Below the pieces are notes generated by a model. It saw only the letters and a program-made list of their open reading frames with translations. It was not told the DNA's origin and did no database searches. Below, one piece after another: positions 13,086 through 26,586 of a stretch of 64,000 nucleotides of DNA. This DNA comes from Octopus sinensis (taxonomy: Eukaryota): assembly GCF_006345805.1 (NCBI RefSeq), contig NC_042998.1, positions 97,960,001 through 98,024,000 of the forward strand, written 5' to 3'. Within the stretch, counting starts at the first letter, position 1. Each line of letters opens with the position of its first letter. The position numbers were made by a program, and so were the translations under genes.

Positions 13086-13621
13086 TAACTGTATGACCAG
13101 AATTTTATTTTTTTGCACACACACACGCACACACTAGGGATTCTCTCACGAGATTTCTGGTTTTCAAACGTATTATTCAATAAAAACTATTTACAATTCG
13201 AAAGCTGTCTCAATGTGCTCGGATTGCTCAATAAGCAGCCTTTACGGCATTTAAAGATTGTTTATAAAGATTTTCTCAGAAACTAACACAATTTAAAATA
13301 TGCAAACTTCCTTCGAAAATTAGCGACCAACAGAAAATAACTTCCTGTATCGAAAATAGACTAAATCTATAGCATAAATAAATAGTATGCAAATTAGATT
13401 CGACTAATGGATTGATTTCCACGAATACGATAATCAAAAATTCTTTTATTAGGAAAGTTATGACAAATAAAGGTTTGGCTTTGCTGGAGAATAGCACTCC
13501 TTTAACACAGATGATCATGCACCAATATGATTTGGAAAAAACAAATGTTATGTTTAGTGAAATAATTAAAAGAAAGGGGAACTTTAACAAATTCAGTAGT
13601 TTGATAATATGCAGCTTTGCG

Positions 13622-14026
13622 AGGTGGCGAGCTGGCAGAAACGTTAGCACGCCGGGTGAAATGCTTAGCAGTATTTCGTCTGCCATTACGTTCTGAGTTC
13701 AAATCCCGCCGAGGTCGACTTAGCCTTTCATCCTTTCAGGGTCGATAAATTAAGTACCAGTTACGTACTGGGGTTGATATAATCGACTTAATCCGTTTGT
13801 CTGTCCTTGTTTGTCCTCTTTGTGTTTAGCCCCTTGTGGGTAATAAAGAAATAGGTATTTCGTCTGTCTTTACGTTCTGAGTTCAAATTCCGCCGAGTCG
13901 ACTTTACCTTTCATCCTTTCGGAGTCGATAAATTAAGTATCAGTTGCGTATTGGGGGGGGGGGGTCCGATCTAATCGACTTTCCCACTCCCCCAAAATGT
14001 CGGGCCTTGTGCCTAGAGTAGAAAAG
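13622..14026 (+). mobile_element. Dimeric SINE family A with 16-bp TSD
   Basis: Two cores in tandem, flanked by aatatgcagctttgcg at 13606-13621 and 14027-14042. Confidence 0.9.
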
Positions 14027-15356
14027 AATATGCAGCTTTGCGTAATCGCGAGTATTTGCACGTCAATATACATTCATCTGGTAATTTTGGGGATTCAGAA
14101 ACGATCAGAATGTATGGAAGTTTAGTTGCTGAAGAATTATAGAGCTTTTTGAAACAAAACTTTCTAAATTCAATTTGATTCGGAAAGAAATATATAGCTG
14201 CGATCCTAACTGATGAAGTAAATATTTCTTCTTTATATACCTTGTGCGCTAAATATTTTCTCCACTTTTCAAAACAATCCACACAATACCAAATTTTGTT
14301 CTAAATATCATCATTCATTCACCAGAAACCAGCTGTGTGAACAGCAATAATCGCTAGATTAATAAGGGCTAATCAACTGGAAAAGCAATTAATTTCACTC
14401 TGATTATTATTCACTGTACTTTCTAGTATTATCATGAACGTAGTGGGCTGTCAAATGATTTTTTTTAAAGTTTTTTTCATCAAAGGTAAACTAGAATTAA
14501 GACAACAAAGACTTCAGCAAAACTGAATCCGTAAAATCGACTGCCGATAGCAAGGAATGCCAGAACAGAGACAACAAACACGTTAAGAAAAGAGAATCCG
14601 TGCAACAAACTGTCAACAGTAAGAAGCACTACAACTTGAAAAGATAGAATACGTGGAGCAAACCGCTCATAGGAAGAGACACCAGAAGAGAAATATGACA
14701 GGCTTTAAAAAAAAAAAGACTGAGTCGAACTGTTGTCAGCAATAATCTGAGCCGCAATGGCTACACTGCTATCAACAACATAGGGTATACTCACCATCCA
14801 TCTCAAAACAATGGTTAACTGAGCATTTGTCAATGATCCAACTGATGGATATGAACTTAACACATTGTCACTTTTTATTCCGTATCAAAACTATGTACCA
14901 AGTGTAGAATAAAAACGAAACAGCTGAAATGTGTTTCTTATATGTCTACGTCTAGCTGAGAATGTTCTAATACTTCAGCATTTTTAAGAGTACTGCTTAC
15001 AGGCACTACTTCAGAGTGTAAGCATTTTCTTAAAAACATTCACATCTGTAAATGTGATATCATTTTAAATCAGTTGGAACTAATAACAATCGTTAGAGAG
15101 GCTTCAAATATCCATTGAAAGTCATAATTACCCCTTAGAACTCTTTCCTTGCTTTTTCTTTCTCATGAAGAGCACCAATATCTGCAATCATAATTGGTTG
15201 ACGATTTAATTCTGTGAGATCATAGCCCTGGCAACGAGGGGTACTTTGTCTTTTAGTTATTAGCACAGCTATTCGGTTTACAACAGACGCGATTTTCGAA
15301 TACCGCAGGTGATAACATGTATTTGCCCCTTCTCTATGTACATATATATATATATA

Positions 15357-15608
15357 TATATTGTAAAAAGGGTCGTGGGTAAGGCCAGAACAATGTGAAG
15401 TAAATGCAAGGCAAATCAGAAGAAATATATATGAATTAATGTAGACTTACCTTGCATTCAATATCTCGGAGTTATGAGGATGGGGTTATACCGCCGAAAT
15501 ATTGAATGCAAGGTAAGTCTACATTAATTCATACATTTGCTTTCTTGTGATTTGCTCGCATTTACTTCGCATTGGTTTGGCCTTACCCACGATCCTTTAT
15601 ACAATATA
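15357..15608. repeat. ~250-bp inverted repeat (arms ~113 bp) with a hammerhead-like centre
   Basis: 15357-15469 is the reverse complement of 15494-15608 with few mismatches. The centre reads tgaggat-ggggt-tat-accgcc-gaaa-tatt. Confidence 0.85.
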
Positions 15609-15677
15609 TTCTGTACAATGCTTCACAGTAACTATTCCATTATGTATATATACACACACGTATATATACACACATGC

Positions 15678-15717
<40 letters not shown>

Positions 15718-15759
15718 CACACACACACACATACATACATACATATATATATGTATGTA

Positions 15760-16295
15760 TGTATCGCAGCCTCTGTGACGTGGTAGCACCATTGATCTTA
15801 AGCGCAGGCAACACATCCCACAAAATATTCAGTGTCATTCCCGGCATATCTGGTTTTATATCAGAGTGGCCTTCTCCTAGAGACATGCTTTAATAAAAGC
15901 TAAGATATGCTTCACTCCCAGTGGTCTTCTACCACGTCGGACACCAACCTGGTATTTATGAGGGCTTGTGCAATGATAGATAGTCATTTAGCGTAAACTA
16001 GGTTTGTCCGTCCTTTTGATAGGTCTTGTAATTAGTCCTGTTGGGTTTCTAGCAACCCTCTTTACCAAGCAAGCCTAGTGGGGGAGCCGGTTTAGCCGCC
16101 AACGAACCGACCATGTAACAGGGTGTACTGGTGCGATATTACAAGTGACCTGATAAAATGGGCCTACTACCCATATTTGCACAGGATGTCTTGTCCTGGC
16201 TTGTCTCTGGAACCCGTGCGAAGCCTACAACTGGTGTAACAACCTCATCCATGGGTAATGGTCAGTGATGGTTTTCCCCAGTCACGAGTAGGTAG
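15760..16295. repeat. Unclassified GC-richer interspersed repeat between microsatellites
   Basis: Abrupt composition change bounded by microsatellites; no protein motif recognised. Confidence 0.3.
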
Positions 16296-16351
16296 CCATT
16301 ATATATATATATATATAAATATATATATACGCACACATACACACACACACA

Positions 16352-16419
<68 letters not shown>

Positions 16420-16595
16420 GCGTTCAACTCCATTTATTTACTTATACTATACAAATTACTGCACATTAACCCAGAGTTTCTACCTTTGAATAGGTCGCTA
16501 CATCCTTGTTACTTGCGTGAATTTTGCTACCCTGGTAACTGTTCATTGAATTTTCCATGTTAATGGTAAACAAAGGATAATTCATTCATCCATTT

Positions 16596-16650
<55 letters not shown>

Positions 16651-16985
16651 ATATATGATCTTTTATATTTTACTTGTTTCAGTCATTGCACTGCGGCCAC
16701 TTTTTTAAAGGGTGGTACTTATTCTATCAATTTTTTGGGCCGAACCGCTAAGTTACGGAGACGTAAACACACCAACACCAATTGTCAAGGAGGGAACAAA
16801 CACAGACACAAAGACACACACATATACATATATATATATATATAATATATATATATATATATTATATATATATATATATATACATATATAAACATAATTA
16901 TATACATATATATAATATATATATATATATATACATATATATAATTATATATATATATATATAATATATATATATATAATATATA

Positions 16986-17250
16986 TACATTATTTACAAT
17001 TGACGGATATTTGTCCTCATCTTGTATTTTGTTAACACAATGTTTCGGCTGATATACCCTCCAGCCTTCATAAGGTGTCTTGAGGAAATTTCGAACCTGG
17101 GTTCTCATTCCTAAGGTATTTTCGATGTTGTACCACTACGCCATATGCCCGTGGATGGTGTATTGGTTAAGAGCTCGGGCTACTAACCCCAAGATTCCGA
17201 GTTCGATTACTGGCAGTGACCTGAATAATATAATAATAATAATAATAATA

Positions 17251-17282
<32 letters not shown>

Positions 17283-17467
17283 GCAACATCGAAAATACCT
17301 TAGGAATGAGAACCCAGGTTCGAAATTTCCCCAAGACAGCTGATGAAGACTGGGAGGTATATCAGCCGAAATGTTGTGTTAACAACAAACAAGATGAGGA
17401 CAAATATCCGTCAATTGTAAATAATGTAAATAATGTACATAATTCCTCATTTCTTAAATATAGAACT
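16986..17467. mobile_element. Head-to-head pair of tRNA-headed elements carrying hammerhead ribozyme motifs
   Basis: Plus copy 17151-17467: A-box tggtgtattgg, B-box gagttcgatt, (AAT)n, then the body. Minus copy 17150-16986: gggcatatggcgtagtggt head, internally deleted. 16986-17130 is the reverse complement of 17284-17430. Confidence 0.75.
17333..17380 (+). ncRNA. Minimal type-I hammerhead ribozyme motif (mutated); second copy at 17034-17081 on the minus strand
   Basis: Consensus of the two copies: gacac-CTGATGA-a-ggctg[gagggtatat]cagcc-GAAA-cgtt-gtgtt, with stem I gacac/gtgtt and stem II ggctg/cagcc. Confidence 0.6.
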
Positions 17468-18834
17468 ATATATATATATACGATGGGCTTCTTTCTGTTT
17501 CCGTCTACTAAATCCACCCCCAAGGCTTTGGTCGGCCGGAAGATATAGCAGAAAACACTTGCCCATGGTAACCACGCAGTAGAACTGCATCAACAGAAAT
17601 AACAAGCAAAATTTGAGGCAAATGGAAAAGAAAGAAACAAAATACTACCCAGAGTCAGGGTCATGTGAAGATGTCTTTTTTATTATTGTTGTATACGTTT
17701 TTTTTTCTTTCTCCAGACTGTTAGTTTATTTTTCCATTTTTTTCCTTCCCCTTGATAAATTATATTTCCCGAAACGTTAGATTCTCTTCTATTTCCTCCT
17801 TTGACATATTGGGATTCATTGTAGACTGTTTCATTGCTTTTTGACTTTGACTTTTTTTTTAATCGCTACTCTATTCGGCACGTGCTTTCGCCTGTCTGAT
17901 TCAGCACGATATCTTTTATTTGTTTCCTCTCAGCCTGTATTATTTCGCTTGTATTATTTCTATGGTATTTTTAGCTAATCATATCGTTGCGCCTACATAG
18001 AATTATTCGTCGATATTCTGTGTATTTATTATAACAATTACCATGTGTGTGTGTGTGTGGTTTATGCGTGTATATGTATACCTGTGTGTGTATGAGACCA
18101 GTATGCCTCGTATATATTGTGACAGGTTTTACATTTAGTAATTTTATAATACAGTGTGGACATCAACCAAAACCCGGGACTAGACAGCAACCGGAATATA
18201 GGATTTTCCGAGCCAATGAAGCTTAAGATGAAAAGTGGCAAAAATAATGCCTATATTGTATTGTGTTATGGATACCAATACAACTTACAGAACCATAAGT
18301 CAAATTGATGCGTACTTGACTTCTTTATTACAAAGAGTTAGTTCTAAAAAAGCAAAGAAAAAGTGGCCGAATGATGTCTGTAAAACAATACGGATATATT
18401 ATGAAGAAAAAACAATCAGTTTATGTTCGTTAAGCTTTACTGAGAAACCATTTCAAAAATATATTCATGTTTCTATAAATAAACGTTGAATATTACCTTT
18501 TTTTTCTGTTTTCAATAACCTTCTTATTTCCGGAGACAGCAAATCTCTCTTTTCGTTGTTTCTTAACGCTGTTCACTATCGATGTATCTGGAAAGTTATT
18601 TTCTTCTGTGCGTCGTGCAAGAAACTAAATAACTTGCTGTAGTTAATTCTTTAATATATATGTGTGTGTATGTGCGTGTGTACATATTTATTTATTATTT
18701 CTTGAACATTTCACGGTTTATATGAAAAAGAATTTCGACATAGTTACAAAATGACATTCCAATTTCAGATGGTTTACGATGAAATAGTTGAATCTGATGC
18801 TATCTCGGGAGAGGTTGCATGGAAAAAAATAACG

Positions 18835-19035
18835 GTTTCATATTTTAGCACAAGGCCAGCGGTTTTTGAGGGAAGGGGCGAGTCGATTACATCGACTCCA
18901 CTAAATTAACTAGTAGTTATTTTATAGAAGCCGAAAGGATAGGTAACATCAACCTCAGATGAATTTGAGCTCAGAAGGTAAAGACGGACAAAATGTTGCT
19001 AAGCGTATTAGCGGTTCTGTCAGGTCGCCACCTTA
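18835..19035 (-). mobile_element. SINE family A, diverged
   Basis: gcacaaggccagc...gtcgattacatcgac...ctcagaaggtaaagacggac. Confidence 0.75.
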
Positions 19036-19771
19036 TATGTGAAAACTAATATGAATCAGTTTCGCGCAGATTAATAGAAAGAACTGAGGCATTAAGCTCT
19101 GTGTTGCTTACTACAATTTGAAAAGTTTGCAGCAAAATCATATTTTTAGTTGTATATCAAGAATAAATCTTAATTCACACGACATAAATAGCAAAAGTTC
19201 ACAAACTGTAATATAACTGAATATTTTTTTTTTAAATCAGCGAATAAAATGTTCCAAGCTTCAGTTTAGCAAGACCAACTAGGATAGAGTTTATTATAAA
19301 ACAGTAAAAGAAAATTGTATACAAATAATCTTTTAATAAAGTATGCAGAAGTTAATTGGAACCTGTGGAATACGAGATCTTGATGCATTGTACTTTGTCA
19401 GTGTTAACTTGTTTTGCTTAACCACAACAATCTTTACGATAGACGAATGCATAGTTAATTAAATCATCACTGGTACTAGATCAATCGTAATATAATAGTG
19501 ACAAGTCTAAAATTACCAATACATTTAGTTCGCGGTTCTACTGCTTCTAGAATTCCATCATATTTCTGTGTTCCAAATATTAACAAGAAAGGAATGTCGA
19601 CATACGCGTTACAGTGTCAAACAAAATAAGTTGCAATATCTCGATTAATACCTCACATCTTTACATTAAAACGGTGCCACTAATACACTAAAGTGTATTT
19701 GATAGGCTATACATTCTTGGTTAAAAAGTGAACCTTATGAATAAGAAAAATGTCAATATTCACAAAACGTA

Positions 19772-19960
19772 AGGTGGCGAGTTGGCAGAATTGTTATCAC
19801 GCCTGACAAAAATACATAGCGACATTTCATCCGTCTTTACGTTCTGAATTCAAATACCTTTGGTGTCGACTTTGCTTTTCATCCCTTTCAGGGTCGATAA
19901 AATAAATGCCAGTTGAGCAATGAAGCAATGCTAATTTTGTACCAAGATTTGAAACCAATA
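19772..19960 (+). mobile_element. SINE family A
   Basis: ggtggcgagttggcagaa...tttacgttctgaattcaaa...gggtcgataaaataaatgccag. Confidence 0.8.
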
Positions 19961-20814
19961 TTAGCAAAACGTATTTACCTTTTTTTACTGAATATTGTAG
20001 TATTTCAGAGAGGAACATATTGTTTCAACTTAGCAGTAAATTGATATGGATTCACCGCGTAAATTATAGAAATCGTTTCCTATGGTATTTAAGATAAATC
20101 AGAACCTTTAAAACTTCTATAAAAAGACGAAAAAAGATCTCTTTATTGATTGCACAAAATAATATCTGTATTCACTCGTATTATAAAATGGCTTCCCTGA
20201 CTGTAGAAATAGATATTATAATGTGTTCAATTGAAGAAAGTTATTTGTTGGTCTTTATTATCATTTTGTATCAATCATTCCCAGTTTTATGTTACTGTGT
20301 TAACTTCTTCTTCTTCAAGTCGGTCAATCGTAGAAAGTCATGATAGCTTGATTGATAAATAATTTTATCTTCCACAGTCTAGCATTAAATCTATTGGCAA
20401 CGGAATGCATCTGGTCATAGATATTCCAACTCATTCTCGTTGCATTAGTCACTGTCAGTAGTTTTTTTTAGTTTTTTTCTTGTACATGAAATTTGTCTTC
20501 TCTATTTCTGCATCAACAATTGATTGGTGGTCGGAGAAATCTCAATCGATAGAAAACCATTTTAGTAAAATTGTTTCGTTATTTTTTTTTTGATTTTTAA
20601 AAATTTTATTTGATGAGAGTTTATTCCAACTGCCAGCATACACTGTTAAACATAGTTATTTTATTTTAAGGACCTTGAAACCCAACAAAATGCTTCCTCA
20701 CTAACAGTGAAACTGTACTGCATAAGTTACCACGCATTCTGTCAATCATTTGTTTACAACAAACGATATCACTCCATCCAAGCTATTAACTAATGACCAT
20801 CATTATTGTTTTAC

Positions 20815-21035
20815 AGGGGGAGCTTGCAGAATCGTTAGCACACCATACAAAATACTAAGTGGCATTTCACTAAGCATATTGTCTTTACGTTCTGAGTTCA
20901 AATTCCGCCGAGGCCAATTTTACTTTTCGTCCTTCCTGGATCGATAAAATAAGTACCAGTTGAGCATAGAGGTGAATGTAATTGACTTGACCCCACTCCA
21001 AAATTTCAGGTCTTGTGGCAATAGTAGAAAAGAGT
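20815..21035 (+). mobile_element. SINE family A
   Basis: gagcttgcagaatcgttagcac...gagttcaaattccgccgagg...gataaaataagtaccagttgagc. Confidence 0.8.
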
Positions 21036-21369
21036 TATTTAAAATTCAAATCGCATCAATACAGATTATTTTATTCATTGTATAACTGTCATAGATTTTC
21101 AAATACTCTCACTCCGTAATCTGAATCACAGGTGTTCTGCTTAGAGGTAAATACAATGCCATGACAAGTAATTATACATCATTGTATGGTTAATAGTTAT
21201 CATGCACAAGGGAAATATGACAGAAAGGCATCAGGCCAAATTCCTTGAAGTACTTGCATAAACTTTTTATTAATTCTGGGGTTGGACAATAAAACAATCA
21301 GGAAAATATTCATCCTTTTAAGATCCTCCACCTATGAGCAAACGAAGAGAATCTCCCGGGAATCGTCCT

Positions 21370-21565
21370 TGTTGTAAGAAATAGCAATAGAACCTTCTTC
21401 AAATCACATTCTGTAGTCTTAAAAAAAGAGGCACACCTTAGATAATGTTGTTATGGACACAGTATATCTGGAGAGAAAGAAATGCGATGACCACAGCTGG
21501 AACACCTTTGTTCACAGGTCTGTTCCATCGGAGCTAACTTTAATATGATCAGCAACAACGACAAA
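21370..21565 (+). repeat. Old interspersed repeat family D
   Basis: gaaatagca...caaatcaca...gtcttaaaaaa...gctggaacacctttg...caacaac. Related copies at ~22475-22650 and 37085-37255, and inverted at ~40030-40200. Confidence 0.55.
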
Positions 21566-23369
21566 ACAAGGCGAAAATACTTTTTGCTTATTTTTTATAC
21601 ATATAATAGCTTAGTTAGAGAAGGGCAGTGTCCATAAGATCTCCCAGACGGGGAAAAGAGGAACTTATCTTAACGCTGAAAACTTACTCCGAATGCTTAC
21701 AACAGAGAAGACTGTTCAAGACATCCAAAGGCCAAGTGATAGTATTAAACGGATGACGAATTACATTTACTTCCTCGAGTGTGAGTGTTTGTGAAACTGT
21801 GTTTCTACAGTATTGGTTCTCAGTATTTCTGTCAAAATGTTTCTTTCTTTTCTAGTGCCAAATCAGAGAATAAGACGCCAAATATCGATCAAGCGATGTT
21901 TCACCTTCATTTCTGTCTATCTACTAAGATATCTTCATATATAGAATTGATATGTAAATATGAAAGAATATAGCCACGATAATTAAGAGATCAATTCATA
22001 ACATATCGTTAAGCTCCACGTCACTTATAAATTCATAACATTTTTATTAATCATGTATATAATTATATAAATAAAGATGTTTAATTTCATTGAAACAACT
22101 GTGGAGGGCAATTAAATTCTGAAGTATATGTGAACCGTATTCTTTTCTGATTTTTATTCTATATATCTACTAGTATATATAACGTCTTATTCGTAATAAA
22201 CTGGATTTTTTTCTCACGAATTTAACAAGTATCTTAGTATTTTCAATTCATTTTACTCCAAATATAGAATAAAGTAATTATGTGACACCTTATTCACGTT
22301 TCTACAGCCATCATCTGCAATATTCGTGCTTAATTTTCTTTTTGAATTCAATACGCTGTACAAATCATCTGCACAGATTAAAAAAAAACTAATTCAATAT
22401 GTTAAGGTTTGAAACAATCATATAAAATCACTGTCTAAATCGTTGCTTTTCTCCTCCTTCAGTGATTAACGAAATTCTATGCGATCGCTCGACTGCCAGA
22501 AATTGCAATCAAATCTCCCTCAAATCACACGCTATTGTCTTTATAAAATGTACTGCATATTCTTTGCTATATGAAAAAAAAATGGCAGCGTGATCTTGCC
22601 TGGAATGCTTTTGGTCAACGTTTGATCAATCAGCGCTGTCTTCAGGCTATAATATAGTGAAAAGGAAAATACTAACATACTAAACGATATAAGCATGCGT
22701 CTGCCAACGTCTAGTCACTAAGTCTAGTTGTTTTATTATTGAGCCAAATTACATCAAATCTAATTTCTTCGAATTTAATTCAGACGTTCAGTAGCGATGA
22801 TATAAAGTTATTATGAAATTGATGTTATTTCTAACCGGTCTTTATTTTTTTACCATCCAATCAAAGTGTAATTTTAAATAATCAATCAATAATTTTACTA
22901 ACTTAGCACTGTAGGTTAGATTATTATAAATACTAATGGAATAAAAATATTTCATTTAATAAAATGGAAATATTTAAGAATGTGATTAAATTGCAATATT
23001 TAATATTAAAAACATTGATGAAATAGTTCATAGACTAGCTAAACAAATTCAAACATCAAATGCAAACATCAGGTGGTTGAATTTATGCATAGTAAATGTT
23101 ACAGCCCAACAGTCAATGATTAAATAGATATAAAAGAAGGGACATGGAATTGTTGCGTTTATTTCTACAGCACTTGCCGTCACATTCGTAAATATAACAT
23201 ATTCAGATTGTTAATAAACGAATTATTAAGAAAAGGACGCCTTCATCAGCTGTAGGGACTCGTATAATCAATGCCTTCCGCCAAACTTTATAACGACAAT
23301 CAAATGAGAAATTAATCTTGTCTATGTAGAACACAATTTTAGTTTTCACAATATCTAGTATCCATTTCC

Positions 23370-23800
23370 TTGGCGGCATTACGTCCGTCTTTACGTTCTG
23401 GGTTCAGATGTCATCTCTACCTTTCATCCTTTCGGGGTCGACAAAATATGTACTAATTGAATCCTGGGATCGATCGAAATTGCTGACCTTGTGCCAAAAC
23501 TTGGAGCCAATATTAAAATAAAATTTTTGAAGTTAGTGAAGGGAAGAAATCTTGTAATGTGAAGTGCCTATTTTTTTACAGATTTATTTCTGACACTAAA
23601 GCTGGCAGAATCGTTATCATGTCAAACAAAATGCTCAGCGGCATTTCGTCCGTCTTTACGTTCTAAGTTCAAATTCCGCCGAGGTCGAATTTGTCTTTTA
23701 TTCTTTCGGGGTCGATAGAATAAATACATGTTGAGTACTGGGGTCGATCTAATCGGCTTACACCCCTCCCTGGAAATTGTTGGTCTTGTGCCAAAATTCA
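23370..23800 (+). mobile_element. Two SINE family A copies (23370-23515, 23600-23800)
   Basis: Both carry cgtccgtctttacgttct...tttcggggtcga. Confidence 0.8.
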
Positions 23801-23929
23801 ATTCTGACTCTCAGCCTGTTATAAATTTGAGGGTTGATGAAGTAAGTCCTAGACATCTAATAGAATTTTATTCAGTCGGCTGAACACGATATTTAACTAT
23901 TTAAATACTACAACTGTCTACGACAGTCA

Positions 23930-24528
23930 AGTTCTTTGTTAAAATATCTTGTTTACACTTATGAGACAATACGCCTCTTCTGAGAAGTGTGTGGAATTGA
24001 ACATTATCAAGAATAATCAAGAGAATACCCTCCATCAGGCATTTGCCATATTCTGAACGCCTTACTTCCCTGGGCATGAATACATTGAAACTCCGACATC
24101 TGGCAGCTGACTTGGCGGACACCCATAAAATTATTAACCATCTTACAAACAATAACTCTGAGCACCTTTTCAAACTCTATCTGTCTGACACCCATGGACA
24201 TGTTTACAAAGTCAGAAAACAGCACAACTACCATGACTTTCGGAAACATTTTTTCATGCTAAGAGTTGCTGAAGTATGGAACAAGCTGCCGGCATCAGTT
24301 GTTAGTTGTCGGAGCACTGCATCCTTCAAAACTTCCATGCTTCCTGAGATTCGCCAACACTACACCTGATTTTCTCCCATCCATACCATACACACGCAAG
24401 CACGTATCTGACTCATACACTGTTCGCTTTCCAGACATTTGTACATTACTGCATATTCCTTATACACACTTTTGACAAGTTGTGGTGCACCTGAGCACTG
24501 TATACAATAATTTCATTATTATTATTAT
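23930..24528 (+). mobile_element. CR1-clade LINE 3' end with (ATT)n tail
   Basis: ORF 24043-24369 reads PYSERLTSLGMNTL...THGHVYKV...RKHFFMLRVAEVWNKLPASVV...SFK, the canonical CR1 ORF2 C-terminus. Confidence 0.85.
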
Positions 24529-25083
24529 CAATCGAACTCAAGTTCACATGAAAGCTACTTGATAAAACTGTATGGTGAGACAGCAACCAAAGAGTAGGTT
24601 CCAGTAAATATTGTTTTGTTGTTATAAAACGATGGTTTTATAAAAGTAATTTTGTTTGTCCTCAACGATGAATTAACTTCACCAAGACATTCTATGTAAA
24701 CCAAACGCCTGTGAGCACACAATTACGCACATATATACATATACATGCATCTGTATATAGAAAGAAAATGACATGTCAGTTTGAATCAACTCTGAATATT
24801 AACTTAAGATGACAATTAATCTCTTGTGTGTGCGATCATAAAATAAGGTTTCTTATTCGAATTGAACGCCCACATATAAAACAAAAAGGAATGACATTTA
24901 TTCCAACTTGATATCTCACAACACGTGAGTGTCAGACAGTTAATGTGGTTCAGAAAGAATAGAACACCAAACATTGTGATTGCCAAGGTTTTAAATTCAA
25001 GAATGATTCTTTGTTTCTGAGTCGTGTAAAATAATTCAGTGAGCGGGGAAAAAATTGTTGAAATGATTTTCATGTTATTCTGT

Positions 25084-25250
25084 AGAGGCGTAGGCATGGC
25101 TATGGGGTTAACAGGTTCGCTTCACAACCACGTTGAATCGAGTTCAGTTCTACTATGCAACACCTCGTGTAAGTGTCTGCTATTATAACACTGGGTCTAC
25201 CAATGACTTGAATGATTTTCTTATATGGAAACTGTGTGGTAGCCCATCAT
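25084..25250 (+). mobile_element. SINE family B 5' half; the 3' half resumes at ~26590-26790 after the mariner
   Basis: aggcgtaggcatggct...aaccac...gagttcagttc...aagtgtctgctatta, then later gtaacttagcggttccgcaaaa...gctccagtataaccgca. Confidence 0.6.
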
Positions 25251-25275
25251 ATCTATCTATCTATCTATCTATCTA

Positions 25276-25327
<52 letters not shown>

Positions 25328-25329
<2 letters not shown>

Positions 25330-26586
25330 CCAGTTTGAGTAAAAAATTTTCACAGAGGATATCTAGCAGCATGTATCTCCATGTTATATCACTAATTTGA
25401 TACAACTTGTCCAATCGTTGCTGAATTGTTGATTCTTTATTTTTATATATAATATATAAATATTAATTGTTTATTCTTTGTTTTAAGGCTTTGATAATGA
25501 GTGGTCAAAACATTGTAATTAAAGCCATTTTACGCTATCTGTGGAAAAAAGGACTCAGTGCAAGGGCAGTAGAATAAGAAATTAATGATGTGGAAGGCCC
25601 AGGAACTGTCAACGAACGTGTGATACAAAATTGTTTCAGACGTTTCAAGAAAGGTGACACCAGCCTCGAAAACAAACTAAGGCTAGGGAGACTTCCTATT
25701 GTGGAAGGCCTAGCTTGAAATGGTTGAACAACAGCCAAGTACAAGCATTCATCACATTGACGGTAGAGCTTCACCCTTCCCAAAGCACTATCAGTTGACA
25801 CCTCATAAGCCCAGTCTTGCAAACTGACACAGCCGGGAAGTTCCTTGTGAACTAACCTATGACCAGGCCCAACGATGTGTGAACATTTGCAAACAACTGT
25901 TGGCAAATCCTTGAAAAGCTCGTTTTTGACATCAAATTGTAACTGGGGGCGAAAAGTAGACCTATTTTCGTAACCCTGATAAGAGAAATCATTGGCTTCG
26001 TTCCGGCCAGGCTTCAGAACCTGTTATCAAACAAAGGCGGTTTCAACAGAAGGTCGTGTGGGGTGTTTAGTAGAATTTCGAGGGGTTGTTGCAGTTTGAG
26101 ATTGTCCAAAATAGTTATGCTGTGAACGCTAATCTTTATGTTCAACAACTGCAATCAGTACATGATGCTTTGAAAGCCTGCTATCTGGTATTAGTCGAAC
26201 TCTTACTGCATGACAAACCCCAGAACACACTGCCAATGTGACCAAGCACAAACTTGAGGAACTTGGGGTGCTGGAAGTACTGCTTCCTCATCCTGACCAC
26301 AATCCAAACCTTTTCCCGTGAGATTACCAATTCTTCCGAGCCATGGTTCATTTTCTGCACGGACGGAGTTCAGCAATGTGGATGAGGCTGAAAACGGGTG
26401 CAGGGAATTGTTTGCTTCTAAACCAACCAAATGGTGTAAGTGTGGAATTTAGCTTCTGGTATAACAATGGCAAGAGACGATAGAGTATGAGGGGATATAT
26501 TTTGACGAATAAATGCTTTTAATATAAAATTTGTTTGAACCATTAATTAAAGCTTGAAATACGATCATTTTTAACTCAACCTGATA
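25328..26586 (+). mobile_element. Degenerate Tc1/mariner transposon
   Basis: Imperfect TIRs (ccagtttgagtaaaaaat / atttttaactcaacctga). Broken transposase reads ILRYLWKKGLSARA...CFRRFKKGDTSLE, IVTGGEK, LLHDK, DYQFFRAM. Confidence 0.8.

Larger units (their letters stand above)
16657..17585 (-). mobile_element. SINE family B split by a nested insertion in its internal (TA)n
   Basis: 3' half at 16657-16830 and 5' half at 17480-17585. Confidence 0.75.

Noticed and set aside
14480-14705. A-rich stretch as a possible internal exon
   Set aside because: No convincing splice sites or recognisable protein motif.
17151-17222. Possible tRNA gene
   Set aside because: A and B boxes are present but I could not build a complete cloverleaf with an acceptor stem; it continues into a repeat body, so it is a SINE head.
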